Shown here piece after piece: positions 1 to 9,120 of a stretch of DNA of 53,856 nt. The notes below the pieces were generated by a model. The model was not told the DNA's origin. It did not search any database and was given only the letters and a program-made list of their open reading frames with translations. Made by a program: the position numbers and the translations under genes. Position 1 is the first letter of the stretch; each line of letters starts with the position of its first letter. Source of the stretch: a virus (taxonomy: Duplodnaviria > Caudoviricetes); IMG/VR virus record IMGVR_UViG_3300025110_000018, positions 1 to 53,856 of that record; one strand, given 5' to 3'.

Positions 1-344
1 ATAAACAATTCGTCTGTCATATTAGCTAATCTAAACTTACCTTGATTACGATACTCTTTAAAATCATTAAGCATCGTATCTCTCATAGAGTCTGGATACG
101 TAGGAGCGACTCCTTTTTCAAATCCGTCCCATGTGCGTTCTGCTTGATCATCACAATGTTGATAAACTAAATCAGCATATGGATCTATACCTATGTGCAT
201 GTAGTTATTAACTACATTGTCCATAATAATTTTTGAACCAAGTCCTTCTCTAACTCCAATCTCACATGAGTAATGTCCTTCGCAATCAAAGTTTTTAGCC
301 CACTTTTGAAGTAGGTTATATTCTGCACTATCTCCCTTTATCAT
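1..344 (-). CDS. Class I SAM-dependent methyltransferase (Methyltransf_24-like), truncated by the window edge
   Basis: Not in the ORF track. Hand translation MIKGDSAEYNLLQKWAKNFDCEGHYSCEIGVREGLGSKII...HIGIDPY has the EIGxxxGxS motif I and GIDPY motif II; the frame stays open to base 1. Confidence 0.75.
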   Translation of the reverse strand, partial: MIKGDSAEYNLLQKWAKNFDCEGHYSCEIGVREGLGSKIIMDNVVNNYMHIGIDPYADLVYQHCDDQAERTWDGFEKGVAPTYPDSMRDTMLNDFKEYRNQGKFRLANMTDELF

Positions 345-403
345 ACCAACTAGTATCTCTCCCTTCTTTTTTGCACCACAAATAATGGTTATGTAAAATT
401 GTA

Positions 404-721
404 CTAGTCTCCTTGCTTACTGCTCGTTTGGTCCTTGCCACCTGTAGCCTCCCTTAGTTTAGATTGCAGAAATTGTTTTTGCTTTGTTAGCATGTCAACT
501 TCATCATTTAATTTCTTTATGATTCCATTTAGTTCTTTAACTAAAACAGATTCTAAAGTTAGTCTTTGTGTTACAATTGATTTGCTTCTTTGTTCATCCA
601 TCATTATTTCTCCTTGTGAGTTACATAGCGGACACTGGTATATGGTTTCCGTCTGACTCTCGATAGATTCCTTTACTTTGATATAACCGTTTCCACGGCA
701 TCGAGGGCATATCTTCATCAT
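404..721 (-). CDS. Hypothetical protein with DnaJ-type zinc finger and C-terminal coiled coil
   Basis: CPRCRGNG and CPLCNSQG (CxxCxGxG-like) repeats; heptad-like C-terminus. Confidence 0.6.
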   Translation of the reverse strand: MMKICPRCRGNGYIKVKESIESQTETIYQCPLCNSQGEIMMDEQRSKSIVTQRLTLESVLVKELNGIIKKLNDEVDMLTKQKQFLQSKLREATGGKDQTSSKQGD

Positions 722-998
722 CTTTCTCCATCCTTTCCAGTACTTGATTAACTTTTTTTCTAACTAAGTTTCCATCTAACTCTGCCATTGAACAAACAGA
801 ATCAAAGTCTCTGTTTGGTAATGATACATAATCTATTTCATGAAATCTTCGTTTCGCATAAAGTTCTTTGTATTTCACAATTTGTTTTTTTATTTTGATT
901 GCATCTTCAATTGATACTATCAAAACATTTCTCCAAAGATTACGTAATGGATTAAATGTATCGTGTATGTTAACTGCTTTTAGACCCAAGTCTGCCAT
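621..998 (-). CDS. Hypothetical phage protein
   Basis: 125-aa ORF in operon orientation, overlapping both neighbours. Confidence 0.6.
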   Translation of the reverse strand: MADLGLKAVNIHDTFNPLRNLWRNVLIVSIEDAIKIKKQIVKYKELYAKRRFHEIDYVSLPNRDFDSVCSMAELDGNLVRKKVNQVLERMEKDDEDMPSMPWKRLYQSKGIYRESDGNHIPVSAM

Positions 999-1149
999 TT
1001 AATTTCCTCGCTTTCTCGTTGATTAATATGTCTAAAGCTTTTGCTCTAGATACTTCTGCGTCAGGTACAATCACTTTTCTGATTTTATCTAACTTGTTGC
1101 AACTACCGTGTGATAATGCAACTGATTTATATTTACTTATATCTGTCAT
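970..1149 (-). CDS. Small ribbon-helix-helix-like DNA-binding protein (candidate regulator)
   Basis: MTDISKYKSVALS (beta-strand) followed by two helices (...SRAKALDILINE); AAGGA upstream of ATG 1149; has its own promoter. Confidence 0.55.
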   Translation of the reverse strand: MTDISKYKSVALSHGSCNKLDKIRKVIVPDAEVSRAKALDILINEKARKLNGRLGSKSS

Positions 1150-1174
1150 AATATTCATTCCTTTGTTAAGTCAC

Positions 1175-1204
1175 AATATATAGGATAATTATATCGTTTG
1201 TCAA
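1175..1204 (-). promoter_or_regulatory. Sigma70-type promoter with operator-like site
   Basis: Minus strand TTGACA (1204-1199), 18-nt spacer, TATATT (1180-1175); TAGGATAATTATA lies in the spacer. Confidence 0.6.
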
Positions 1205-1211
1205 TAGGTAT

Positions 1212-1349
1212 TTAGCGGCCTGATCTGCCTTGTCGGTTATATTTTTTAAAATCACGTTTCTCATTTTTGTTCTTTCTTTTTTTATGAATTCCTGGTCTCT
1301 TCTTAGGCTTTGCTCTAGGTATGAAGTGTGTAAATTTTTGTTTAGCCAT
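1212..1349 (-). CDS. 45-aa highly basic peptide
   Basis: Hand translation MAKQKFTHFIPRAKPKKRPGIHKKRKNKNEKRDFKKYNRQGRSGR; start overlaps the end of the upstream gene. Confidence 0.6.
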   Translation of the reverse strand: MAKQKFTHFIPRAKPKKRPGIHKKRKNKNEKRDFKKYNRQGRSGR

Positions 1350-1584
1350 TACTTTTATTTAATTTAACATTACCACAAAAATAAGAAACATACAATCTCT
1401 CCTCACTCATGTTTATTTCTATTTGATCTACAAATTCTACAATTAATTCACCGCCCCTTTTAATACATGAGGACCAATCTTCAAATTGATAATCATAATC
1501 CATAGGAGGTCCACAAGTTTTAGAAATAGAAGAGCATATAAACATAACTAAGAAAAATTTCATTATTTTACCAAAATGTTGCAA
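1342..1584 (-). CDS. Small Cys-containing protein with hydrophobic N-terminus (start probably at MKFFLVMF)
   Basis: Signal-like N-terminus followed by four spaced Cys. Confidence 0.55.
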   Translation of the reverse strand: MQHFGKIMKFFLVMFICSSISKTCGPPMDYDYQFEDWSSCIKRGGELIVEFVDQIEINMSEERLYVSYFCGNVKLNKSNG

Positions 1585-2114
1585 GTTACTCTTTGCCAGT
1601 TATATGTTTCTGACAAAGGTGATTCTCCTTTGTGAAATTCGTTTGAGTCAAATATTATAGCACTACCCGGTTTAAATTCAAATTTTTCTCCATCAACATA
1701 AAATGACCCCCTCCAATCAGGTTGCCAAATGGGAGTCATAAACAATAAAATAGATTTTGTACCAGTATCTTCATCATCATCTCTGTGTAACCAGTGTTGA
1801 GTTTTTTTACCACTATAAGTAGCATTAAACCACATTCTAAATACAGAAGTTGGAATACCTATATTTTTTTCCTCTAGTAAAGCATGTATTCTATGAACTA
1901 AAGTTTGACCCCACATAAAAAAAACATTATTTTTTATTATTTCATTATTATCTTTTACTTGTAATACGGGACCTGAGTTAAATTCAAATCTACTGTTTTC
2001 ATTTTTAAAACTAGATATAGCATTAATGTTCCAACCATCACTACCAATTAAATTGCTATATAAAAAATGTAATTCTTTTTGGGAAAGAACATTATCCAAT
2101 ACTATTGTTTTCAT
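1563..2114 (-). CDS. 2OG-Fe(II) oxygenase
   Basis: HRD...H facial triad, WQPDWRGSF, FKPGSAIIFDS, terminal R (WQRVT). Confidence 0.85.
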   Translation of the reverse strand: MKTIVLDNVLSQKELHFLYSNLIGSDGWNINAISSFKNENSRFEFNSGPVLQVKDNNEIIKNNVFFMWGQTLVHRIHALLEEKNIGIPTSVFRMWFNATYSGKKTQHWLHRDDDEDTGTKSILLFMTPIWQPDWRGSFYVDGEKFEFKPGSAIIFDSNEFHKGESPLSETYNWQRVTCNILVK

Positions 2115-2626
2115 AATTTCTGTATTCTTCTACCATAAAAACCAATTGATGCAATAATTCTAGGTGTAAGTCCAATTACTTTATGTTTTAAATCTTTTGG
2201 TATAAAAATCATGTCACCTTTTTCAATGGTGTAGTCTTCATTTATATTACTATAAACTCTGTAAATAGTTTTACCTTCAAGACCTATTATAAAAACATCT
2301 TCTATGTCTACATGAGTATTACCTATTTGAGAAACAAAACTAAAAAATAAATCCACTGCATCTTTTTCATTCCTTTCATATTTTAAAAGTCTACGTAAAA
2401 AATCACTAAAAGTTTTAAATTCTTCTAAACAATTATTTACTGCAAACATTTGAAACACATCTTTTAAATTTCCACCATTTGTTTTGTTAACAATTTCTAA
2501 AGAGTTTTCTTCCATTAATTGACTTAATAAATTAAAATCATATTTTCTTTCTAACAAAGCAAAATTTTTTATTAATGTTACTTTGTTTTCTTTTATAGAA
2601 ACTAACTCAGGTTGTTTTATTAACAT
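2111..2626 (-). CDS. Cupin / JmjC-like oxygenase
   Basis: HVD...GDMIFIPKDLKHKV...R motif typical of JmjC/cupin-4 proteins. Confidence 0.75.
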   Translation of the reverse strand: MLIKQPELVSIKENKVTLIKNFALLERKYDFNLLSQLMEENSLEIVNKTNGGNLKDVFQMFAVNNCLEEFKTFSDFLRRLLKYERNEKDAVDLFFSFVSQIGNTHVDIEDVFIIGLEGKTIYRVYSNINEDYTIEKGDMIFIPKDLKHKVIGLTPRIIASIGFYGRRIQKL

Positions 2627-2853
2627 TACTTTATATTATTTTCTTTTATCCATTTTTTATCAGATTCATCTAATTTTAAATATCTAATACGTCCATTAAT
2701 ATGTTGTTTAGTATCGTGGCCACAGTTAGTGCATCTATAAAATTCAGATACGATAGCCACCAAGATAGCTTCCTCTTCACATTCTTCACACAGTCCATGC
2801 ACTGTGTCTATTTTTCTAAACATTTCTATTGATTTTTTATCTATCTTACTCAT
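2626..2853 (-). CDS. Zinc-ribbon protein
   Basis: CEEC...CTNC pairs. Confidence 0.7.
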   Translation of the reverse strand: MSKIDKKSIEMFRKIDTVHGLCEECEEEAILVAIVSEFYRCTNCGHDTKQHINGRIRYLKLDESDKKWIKENNIK

Positions 2854-3340
2854 TTCTATAAAATATATTTAGCGTGTATCTTGGAGAACTTTCACCTAAA
2901 GCTTGTAGATTTGTATGACGAATATTTGAATCAAAAAACAAAACCCTGTTTTTTTCAAAACCAACATATCTATCTATGTCTCCTTCATTGTTATAAAAAC
3001 CTGTTCCATTATGTAATAAAGATTTTCCTTTTAAATAGCATAAAAAATTATATTCTGTTTCAGAATCAATGTGGGGTAAAACTTTTGTAAAACTATGTCT
3101 TAATCTAAAGGAACATTCAACTGCTTTTAATTCTATATCTTTAAAAAATGTTTTTTTTATTTTATCAAATAACCATTTATTTTCTTTATCCGGATTAAAA
3201 TTGTGAGAAAAAAATCCTAAAGCTGTTCCAGAATCATTCTTACCATGTTTTAATTGAATTCTATTTAAGTTACTAACTAAAATATTTAACTCTTTTTCGT
3301 TAAAAAAATCGTCAACAACAGCAATATCTATTTTACTCAT
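2846..3340 (-). CDS. 2OG-Fe(II) oxygenase-like protein (paralogue A)
   Basis: VVDDFF, PHID, GTGFY, NRVLFFDS..RH, terminal R. Confidence 0.8.
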   Translation of the reverse strand: MSKIDIAVVDDFFNEKELNILVSNLNRIQLKHGKNDSGTALGFFSHNFNPDKENKWLFDKIKKTFFKDIELKAVECSFRLRHSFTKVLPHIDSETEYNFLCYLKGKSLLHNGTGFYNNEGDIDRYVGFEKNRVLFFDSNIRHTNLQALGESSPRYTLNIFYRNE

Positions 3341-3825
3341 TTTTTATAAAATATATTTAATGTGTATCTAGGAGAACTTTCTCCTAAAGATTGAAGATCA
3401 GAATGAAAAATAAGTGAGTTATAAAATATGATTCTATTTTCTTTAAATCCAACATACCTATCTAAATTTGTATCGTCATTATAAAATCCAGTTCCATTGT
3501 ACATTAATTCTTTTCCTTTTAAATAAGCTAAAAATGCATAATCTGAAAAATCATCTTGATGAGGCAACATTTTTTCAGAATTATGTCTTAGTCTAAAAGC
3601 ACACTCATTAGAAATTGGTTTTAAATTTATATTTTTAAAAAGGTTTTTTTTAATTTTATCAAACAACCATATATTTTCTTTGTTTTCTTCAAAACCATGA
3701 CCAAAACCATATTTGTCACCTTTTTTATTTTGTTGATGTTCAAAATTTATTTTGTTTAAATTACTAACTAAAATATTTAACTCTTTCTCGTTAAAGAAAT
3801 CGTCAACAACAGTAATATCTTTCAT
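3337..3825 (-). CDS. 2OG-Fe(II) oxygenase-like protein (paralogue B)
   Basis: PHQD, GTGFY, NRIIFYNS..FH; clearly homologous to 2846..3340. Confidence 0.8.
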   Translation of the reverse strand: MKDITVVDDFFNEKELNILVSNLNKINFEHQQNKKGDKYGFGHGFEENKENIWLFDKIKKNLFKNINLKPISNECAFRLRHNSEKMLPHQDDFSDYAFLAYLKGKELMYNGTGFYNDDTNLDRYVGFKENRIIFYNSLIFHSDLQSLGESSPRYTLNIFYKK

Positions 3826-3827
3826 AG

Positions 3828-4304
3828 TTATACTATATCTTTCGCTTTTCCAATTATTGGTTTGTATTTTGTTTTACCTTCTGATTTATACGCGTGCATA
3901 AACTGCTCACGTCTTCCTTCTGGAATCCAACTACAATGTATCCACCCACTGTTAGGTTCACCTGGAGTATAGAACTCAAGGATGAGCTGATCTGTTTCTA
4001 GGTTCTGTTTAATCCAATCAGCGACTTCAGCGTTGTCAACTCCAACACATTCGAAGTCCGCCGCTTCAGCTTTTGCATGTTGGCTGTTCTGACTTGATCC
4101 TATGGCAAGGCACAGCTCTATACTACGGAACCCGCTAGTCACCTTGACTCTACCAAAATGGTCCCGGACGGGCTGTAATATATTTTCACACAAGTCTTTT
4201 AATTTCTCTATTTGACCTGCGTTTGGATTATTATTAATCCCTTTACGAACAGCTGTGTCCGATTTAATTAATTCTAAAAGGGTAAAATTACGTGAAAGAT
4301 TCAT
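3828..4304 (-). CDS. Peptidase M15A family protein (probable endolysin)
   Basis: MNLSRNFTL N-terminus, SGFRS, SQHxxxxAAD and WIH zinc ligands. Confidence 0.88.
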   Translation of the reverse strand: MNLSRNFTLLELIKSDTAVRKGINNNPNAGQIEKLKDLCENILQPVRDHFGRVKVTSGFRSIELCLAIGSSQNSQHAKAEAADFECVGVDNAEVADWIKQNLETDQLILEFYTPGEPNSGWIHCSWIPEGRREQFMHAYKSEGKTKYKPIIGKAKDIV

Positions 4305-4789
4305 TATAAATATATATCTGCAACAATATTAATTCTAAGTTTATTTACATATTTTTTTACTGGTCTATGTTCAATGTTTGATTTCCAAACATACCATGTA
4401 TTTATATCTGGTTCAATAGTAAAACCATCTTTAAATTCAGTCCCAACTGAATCATTTAAATAACAAATAGCGCTAAATTTATTTTTATCATTTCCGTGAC
4501 TGTGCCATTCAGAGTTTATATTACTTTCTGGAAAAGTAATAAAGCACCACATTTTATCAATTTCACTAACTTTAAATGTAGATTTTAAAGATTCTTGAAA
4601 GATAGGAAAATAATTATGTAGGTTAGAATCACTTTGATATTTAGGGTGATCACAAGTTTTAAATTGCTGACAACATGGGTTACCTTTTAAATATAATATA
4701 AGTGCATTTTTAATAGAATCATTATTTATTTTTTTAAGAATAGGACAGGGTTTCATTATCATAAAATAATTCCATTTTGCCATTTCCAC
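4304..4789 (-). CDS. Putative 2OG-Fe(II) oxygenase (HxH type)
   Basis: WHSH...SAICYL...SNIEHRP...RINI. Confidence 0.7.
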   Translation of the reverse strand: MEMAKWNYFMIMKPCPILKKINNDSIKNALILYLKGNPCCQQFKTCDHPKYQSDSNLHNYFPIFQESLKSTFKVSEIDKMWCFITFPESNINSEWHSHGNDKNKFSAICYLNDSVGTEFKDGFTIEPDINTWYVWKSNIEHRPVKKYVNKLRINIVADIYL

Positions 4790-5301
4790 AAAAAAGAAGA
4801 ATTTTTTATACTGTTATATACGTAATAATCTAGTTGTAGATGTTTCATTACTTCTTCTTTATCAATATCTAATTCAATATTTTTTTTACCAACACTTTCA
4901 TATTCAATTTTATTAAAATGCATTTTTAAAAAAAGTGAAAGATCTTTTATATCAACATACCAATCTATGTGTGTATTAATTAAATAAGGCACTTGTGACC
5001 CAGTGTGATTTATTCTACCTTCATCTCTTTTTTTTATATTAATTAAAGATTGATATAAATCTTCTTTATCTATATCTTTTAGTTCTAAATTTTGAAGAGC
5101 TAAATCATATTTTAAACCTGATATAAATCTTTCATAAGGATCTCTTATAACAGTCCACCTAACTTTATCTAAATTAATATCAAATGTTGGAGTATAATCT
5201 AAACTTTCCATACATTTTAAAACACTGGTAGAACCATTTTTATGTATTAATAAATATTGAAACTTATCTGTTTCAAAAAATTCAACGTTTTGAAAAAACA
5301 C
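4759..5301 (-). CDS. Sulfotransferase family protein
   Basis: IHKNGSTS (5'-PSB loop) and VIRDPYERFIS (3'-PB motif). Confidence 0.8.
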   Translation of the reverse strand: MFFQNVEFFETDKFQYLLIHKNGSTSVLKCMESLDYTPTFDINLDKVRWTVIRDPYERFISGLKYDLALQNLELKDIDKEDLYQSLINIKKRDEGRINHTGSQVPYLINTHIDWYVDIKDLSLFLKMHFNKIEYESVGKKNIELDIDKEEVMKHLQLDYYVYNSIKNSSFLWKWQNGIIL

Positions 5302-5313
5302 TTTTACTTTCTA

Positions 5314-5535
5314 TTATTTTGATTCAATAACTATCTTATCAATTGTTTCGCTTCCGTCAATATTAATAGAGATATAAGCTTCTACCTCTCCACACATTAA
5401 TTGCTTGTTTTTCATGTCCATGTTTCTCTGAGCTTCTCTTTTCATCTTGAGGCAAGTCCCCATCGATTCCTGAATACGGTGCTCTACTAATTGACCATTT
5501 AAAAATAAACAAAGTGCTATAACAAATTTAGTCAT
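5314..5535 (-). CDS. Small protein with hydrophobic N-terminus
   Basis: 73-aa ORF, TAATG-coupled to the upstream gene. Confidence 0.6.
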   Translation of the reverse strand: MTKFVIALCLFLNGQLVEHRIQESMGTCLKMKREAQRNMDMKNKQLMCGEVEAYISINIDGSETIDKIVIESK

Positions 5536-5921
5536 TAATGGTCCCCATTTCCATTTGCAAATTTAATATCTCTTGTTGCATCTTTTAATTTTTCTATATC
5601 TGCTTTTAGTTTTTCAATTTCTTTTTCATGTGCTTTTAACATTACACCTGTGTGAACATTGTCTTCTAATTGTTTCTGCATCTTCTCTATTTGGGTCGCC
5701 TGCCATTCCAGGATCATGAATTGCTCCTGGTCTATAGGCTTTTGAACTGATGCTTCTAATAAATCTTTTTCAAATAATTGATTCTTTGTTTCTAACCGGT
5801 TGAGTCTTTCAATCACACCGAATGCAAACCAGGCGCCAATGGCTACGGCTCCGACCAATGAAATTAAGTTCCTTAACGGGAGACCGATTGAAGTGTTCTC
5901 TGAAATTTTGATGTTAGACAT
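5535..5921 (-). CDS. Membrane-anchored coiled-coil protein
   Basis: One transmembrane segment (LISLVGAVAIGAWFAFGV) then coiled coil; GGAGG before ATG 5921. Confidence 0.7.
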   Translation of the reverse strand: MSNIKISENTSIGLPLRNLISLVGAVAIGAWFAFGVIERLNRLETKNQLFEKDLLEASVQKPIDQEQFMILEWQATQIEKMQKQLEDNVHTGVMLKAHEKEIEKLKADIEKLKDATRDIKFANGNGDH

Positions 5922-5988
5922 TAGGTCCTCCACACAAAGCCAAAACAACTAACATAATAATTAATAAACCTGTTGCATAATAATTCAT
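5914..5988 (-). CDS. 24-aa hydrophobic peptide
   Basis: Hand translation MNYYATGLLIIMLVVLALCGGPNV; fills the gap and overlaps the next start. Confidence 0.45.
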   Translation of the reverse strand: MNYYATGLLIIMLVVLALCGGPNV

Positions 5989-6013
5989 CGTAGCTATCTC
6001 TAACATTTTAAAT

Positions 6014-6658
6014 TTATTTTTTATCCTCGATATCATAAAACATTTTATCAGAATCTTCAGTTACCCAGTCGTCTCCTTCTACGTCCCAGTATGTTGTTTG
6101 CACCTTATAGTCTGGCCAATCGTTTTCTGTTGTGTAGCTGTTAACATGCCAAATGATTCTGTTATTTGGCTGAGCTGCATAATTACCATTTTTCAACGCT
6201 AATATGTGTGCACACTTGTGCTCTTGCGGTATTTCAGAATGTTCCGTATTAAGTATATTAGTCTCTGGATGCGCCCAGTCAATAGTAAATAAGTATTGAC
6301 CTTTGTAAAATTTTTTATCTTTACCTAGATATTTTCCATCTATACCAGCCAACCAATCAAAACAATGCACGCTAGGATAATAACTAAAACAATTCCACAG
6401 CTGTAATTGGTCTGCCGACATATCCGGCACATCGGCTCTAGAAAACTCTTTTTGAAAAAACGCTGATATAGGCAAACGCCAAAAGCACGCACCGTTGGGT
6501 AGCATGATGTTAAATAAGAGTGCACGACCTGATATAGAGCTAATACCAAAGATAACGCATTCACGACTGTCTTTCTTATATTTTTCATCCATGTCATAGA
6601 GATACTCCCTTCTTATTTTACAATAAATTGGCGGTATATTAGCATTTAAGTAAGACAT
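6014..6658 (-). CDS. Hypothetical phage protein
   Basis: 214-aa Trp/Cys/His-rich ORF (MSYLNANIPPIYC...EHKCAH); no function recognised. Confidence 0.75.
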   Translation of the reverse strand: MSYLNANIPPIYCKIRREYLYDMDEKYKKDSRECVIFGISSISGRALLFNIMLPNGACFWRLPISAFFQKEFSRADVPDMSADQLQLWNCFSYYPSVHCFDWLAGIDGKYLGKDKKFYKGQYLFTIDWAHPETNILNTEHSEIPQEHKCAHILALKNGNYAAQPNNRIIWHVNSYTTENDWPDYKVQTTYWDVEGDDWVTEDSDKMFYDIEDKK

Positions 6659-6667
6659 AGTACATAA

Positions 6668-7183
6668 TTATTTTTTATCAAAAAATATACTTGTTGTAAA
6701 TCTATAACTTGTTCCTAATATGTTTTGAGATTTAATTGTGTGAGGTATTTCTCCATCAAAAATTATTAATCTATTTGGAGTATAAGGACTAGAAAATAAA
6801 ATATCTTTTTTATTATCTTTATAGAATACAGTTTCTCCACCCCATTCTGGATTCCATGTTATATTAGAATAATGCAAAGCAACAACTTGATTAGGATGAA
6901 CATGGACAAAATTGACATCCATTGGTTTTGTTAAATTTACTATACATTTATTATTATAATTATTTATTCCTATATTTTTATCTTTTAATTTATCTAACAC
7001 AGGTTCTAATAGTTTAGTTTTCTGTATATCTAAAAGATTATATTCAGCGTGTATATTAGGAAAAGCTCTATGTTGTAATTCATCGCTATCTTCCCAACCT
7101 ATTTTAAAATTAGAATTCATAATTAAATTAAATAAATTACTAGATTCATGAGCGGTTAAAAGATTATCATAAGTTTCTATCAT
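6668..7183 (-). CDS. 2OG-Fe(II) oxygenase (HxH type)
   Basis: HVH...WNPEWGGET...NRLIIFDGEIPH...R. Confidence 0.82.
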   Translation of the reverse strand: MIETYDNLLTAHESSNLFNLIMNSNFKIGWEDSDELQHRAFPNIHAEYNLLDIQKTKLLEPVLDKLKDKNIGINNYNNKCIVNLTKPMDVNFVHVHPNQVVALHYSNITWNPEWGGETVFYKDNKKDILFSSPYTPNRLIIFDGEIPHTIKSQNILGTSYRFTTSIFFDKK

Positions 7184-9120
7184 TATTTTATTTCACCCCA
7201 ATTAGGACCAGACTCATAATCAACTTTGTTAGGTACTTCCAAGTCAACCGCATTTTCCATTATGTCTTTTATTTTATTAGCTTGTTCTTCTGATTCAATA
7301 GAAAAATCTAATTCATCATGTATTTGTATATGACCTATTAAACCTTCCTTATATAGTTCTACCATTGCTTTCTTAGTCATGTCAGCTGCGCTACCTTGAA
7401 TTAATTTATTTAAAGCTTTGTATGTAAAAGCTCTACGTGTAGCGTTTTGATGCCAGTAGTTTCGTTTTGGTTTACCATCTTTATCTTTTACAACATTACC
7501 TTCAAAGTCTTTTATGTGTGGTCCCATCTCTTGAAGTTCTAACATACGTTCATGATCTTCAGGTGGTACGTATGTTCCCCAGTCTGCTCCACGTAATACT
7601 GGTTCGTATTTAGGAAATCTGCAACGTCTACCTAATAAAGTTTTGATCTGTCCTCTAGCTTCTGAAGCTTTCATAACTTTGTTCATTAACTGTTTAACGA
7701 AAGGTGCTTCACTGTGATATTTTGTAAATAGTTCTTCTGATTTTTCTTTTGATACTCCAAGTTCTCCTTGTAGTTTTGCTTTACCCATACCATAAAACAA
7801 ACCTAAGTTAATTGTCTTTGCTTGTGATCTTGGAATCTTAGCCATCTCTGCAACAATTTTGTGAAAGTCTGTTGATGGATCTGTCTCGTATGAATCTGCA
7901 ATTTTATTTACAGATGGTAAAGAAAATTTTAAAGCATAGTGTGCAACAAGTCTTGGTTCCTGTTGCGAGTAATCAAATGTTCCCCACTTACAACCTTCTT
8001 CAGGTATAAATAAACTTCTAAGTAAAGGCCCTGTTTCCGGATCCCTGGCAGGTATTTGCTGTAGGTTTGGATTCGAATAACTAAATCGTCCTGTAACTGT
8101 ACCACCATCATCAGATCTTATTTGGTTTATATCTGCATGGATTCTACCATTGTGTTCGTGTTTTAAAATAGTATCTATGAATGTAGTTCTAACCTTGTTT
8201 ATTTTTCTTGCTTCTGCTATCATGTTAACTACAGGATTAGCATGATTAGAAATAAAATTTTTAGTAAATGAAGGAGAGTTTGTCTTTTCAGTTCGGGTAT
8301 AAGGTAGCTTCAGTTTGTCAAAAACTTTCGCAATACTTGCTGCAGCCCATATCTGAGTATCTACTCCTGTTTCTATTTTTACTTGTTGCAATAAGTTTTC
8401 TTCTTTTACTGCCAGTGCTGTTTTCAATTGATTGGCTTTCTCGATATCTACCCGAACACCTAGGTGGCGCATATCAACTAAACAAGGAAAGAGATCAGTC
8501 TCAAGATTAAATATATCCTGTAGGTTATCTTCTATAATTACTTTTTTTAATTTGTGCCAAAGTCTTAAAGTTAGTTCAGCATCTTTTTCAGCATAACCCC
8601 CAACTTCCATTGCAGGCATTCTCCACATATCTGCTTTTGGATCGAGTCCTCTTTCTTTTGCAGCTTGATTTAATCTTGCTTCACTCTTACCTTCACCAAG
8701 GTGATGCCAAGACAAAGTATTCAATGTATATGAAAATCTATTTTCATCAATTAATGATGATGCAATCATGGTATCTATAATTAAACCATTGATTTTTATA
8801 CCTAAATTACGTATCCAACATACGTCATACATAGCGTTATGAAATATTTTTGTAGCAGGTGACTCACAAATATCTTTGAACCATTCGATAGTTTTTTTTC
8901 TATCCATATTAGGTCCTTGTTCATGTGCAATAGGAAAATAATTTTTATAACCATCTACTGCTACAGCAAAACCTACAATCTCACCGTTACCTGATATAGC
9001 TCCAGAGCCTGTTGATTTTAAATCTGGATCACGTGTTTCTAAGTCAATTGCAATTTCATCAGCTGATCTTAGATCAGGATATTCTTTTGGTATAACCCAT
9101 TCTGTATGTGGTACTATCAT
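7183..9120 (-). CDS. polA: Family A DNA polymerase with 3'-5' exonuclease domain
   Basis: ExoI DLET, ExoII FHNAMYD, TGRFS..NPNLQQIP, motif A DYSQQEPR, motif B KTINLGLFYG, motif C IHDEL. Confidence 0.96.
   Translation of the reverse strand: MIVPHTEWVIPKEYPDLRSADEIAIDLETRDPDLKSTGSGAISGNGEIVGFAVAVDGYKNYFPIAHEQGPNMDRKKTIEWFKDICESPATKIFHNAMYDVCWIRNLGIKINGLIIDTMIASSLIDENRFSYTLNTLSWHHLGEGKSEARLNQAAKERGLDPKADMWRMPAMEVGGYAEKDAELTLRLWHKLKKVIIEDNLQDIFNLETDLFPCLVDMRHLGVRVDIEKANQLKTALAVKEENLLQQVKIETGVDTQIWAAASIAKVFDKLKLPYTRTEKTNSPSFTKNFISNHANPVVNMIAEARKINKVRTTFIDTILKHEHNGRIHADINQIRSDDGGTVTGRFSYSNPNLQQIPARDPETGPLLRSLFIPEEGCKWGTFDYSQQEPRLVAHYALKFSLPSVNKIADSYETDPSTDFHKIVAEMAKIPRSQAKTINLGLFYGMGKAKLQGELGVSKEKSEELFTKYHSEAPFVKQLMNKVMKASEARGQIKTLLGRRCRFPKYEPVLRGADWGTYVPPEDHERMLELQEMGPHIKDFEGNVVKDKDGKPKRNYWHQNATRRAFTYKALNKLIQGSAADMTKKAMVELYKEGLIGHIQIHDELDFSIESEEQANKIKDIMENAVDLEVPNKVDYESGPNWGEIK

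Noticed and set aside
7440-7610. Intein or intron in polA
   Set aside because: The insert is short, in frame, and lacks the Cys/Ser start and His-Asn end of inteins.
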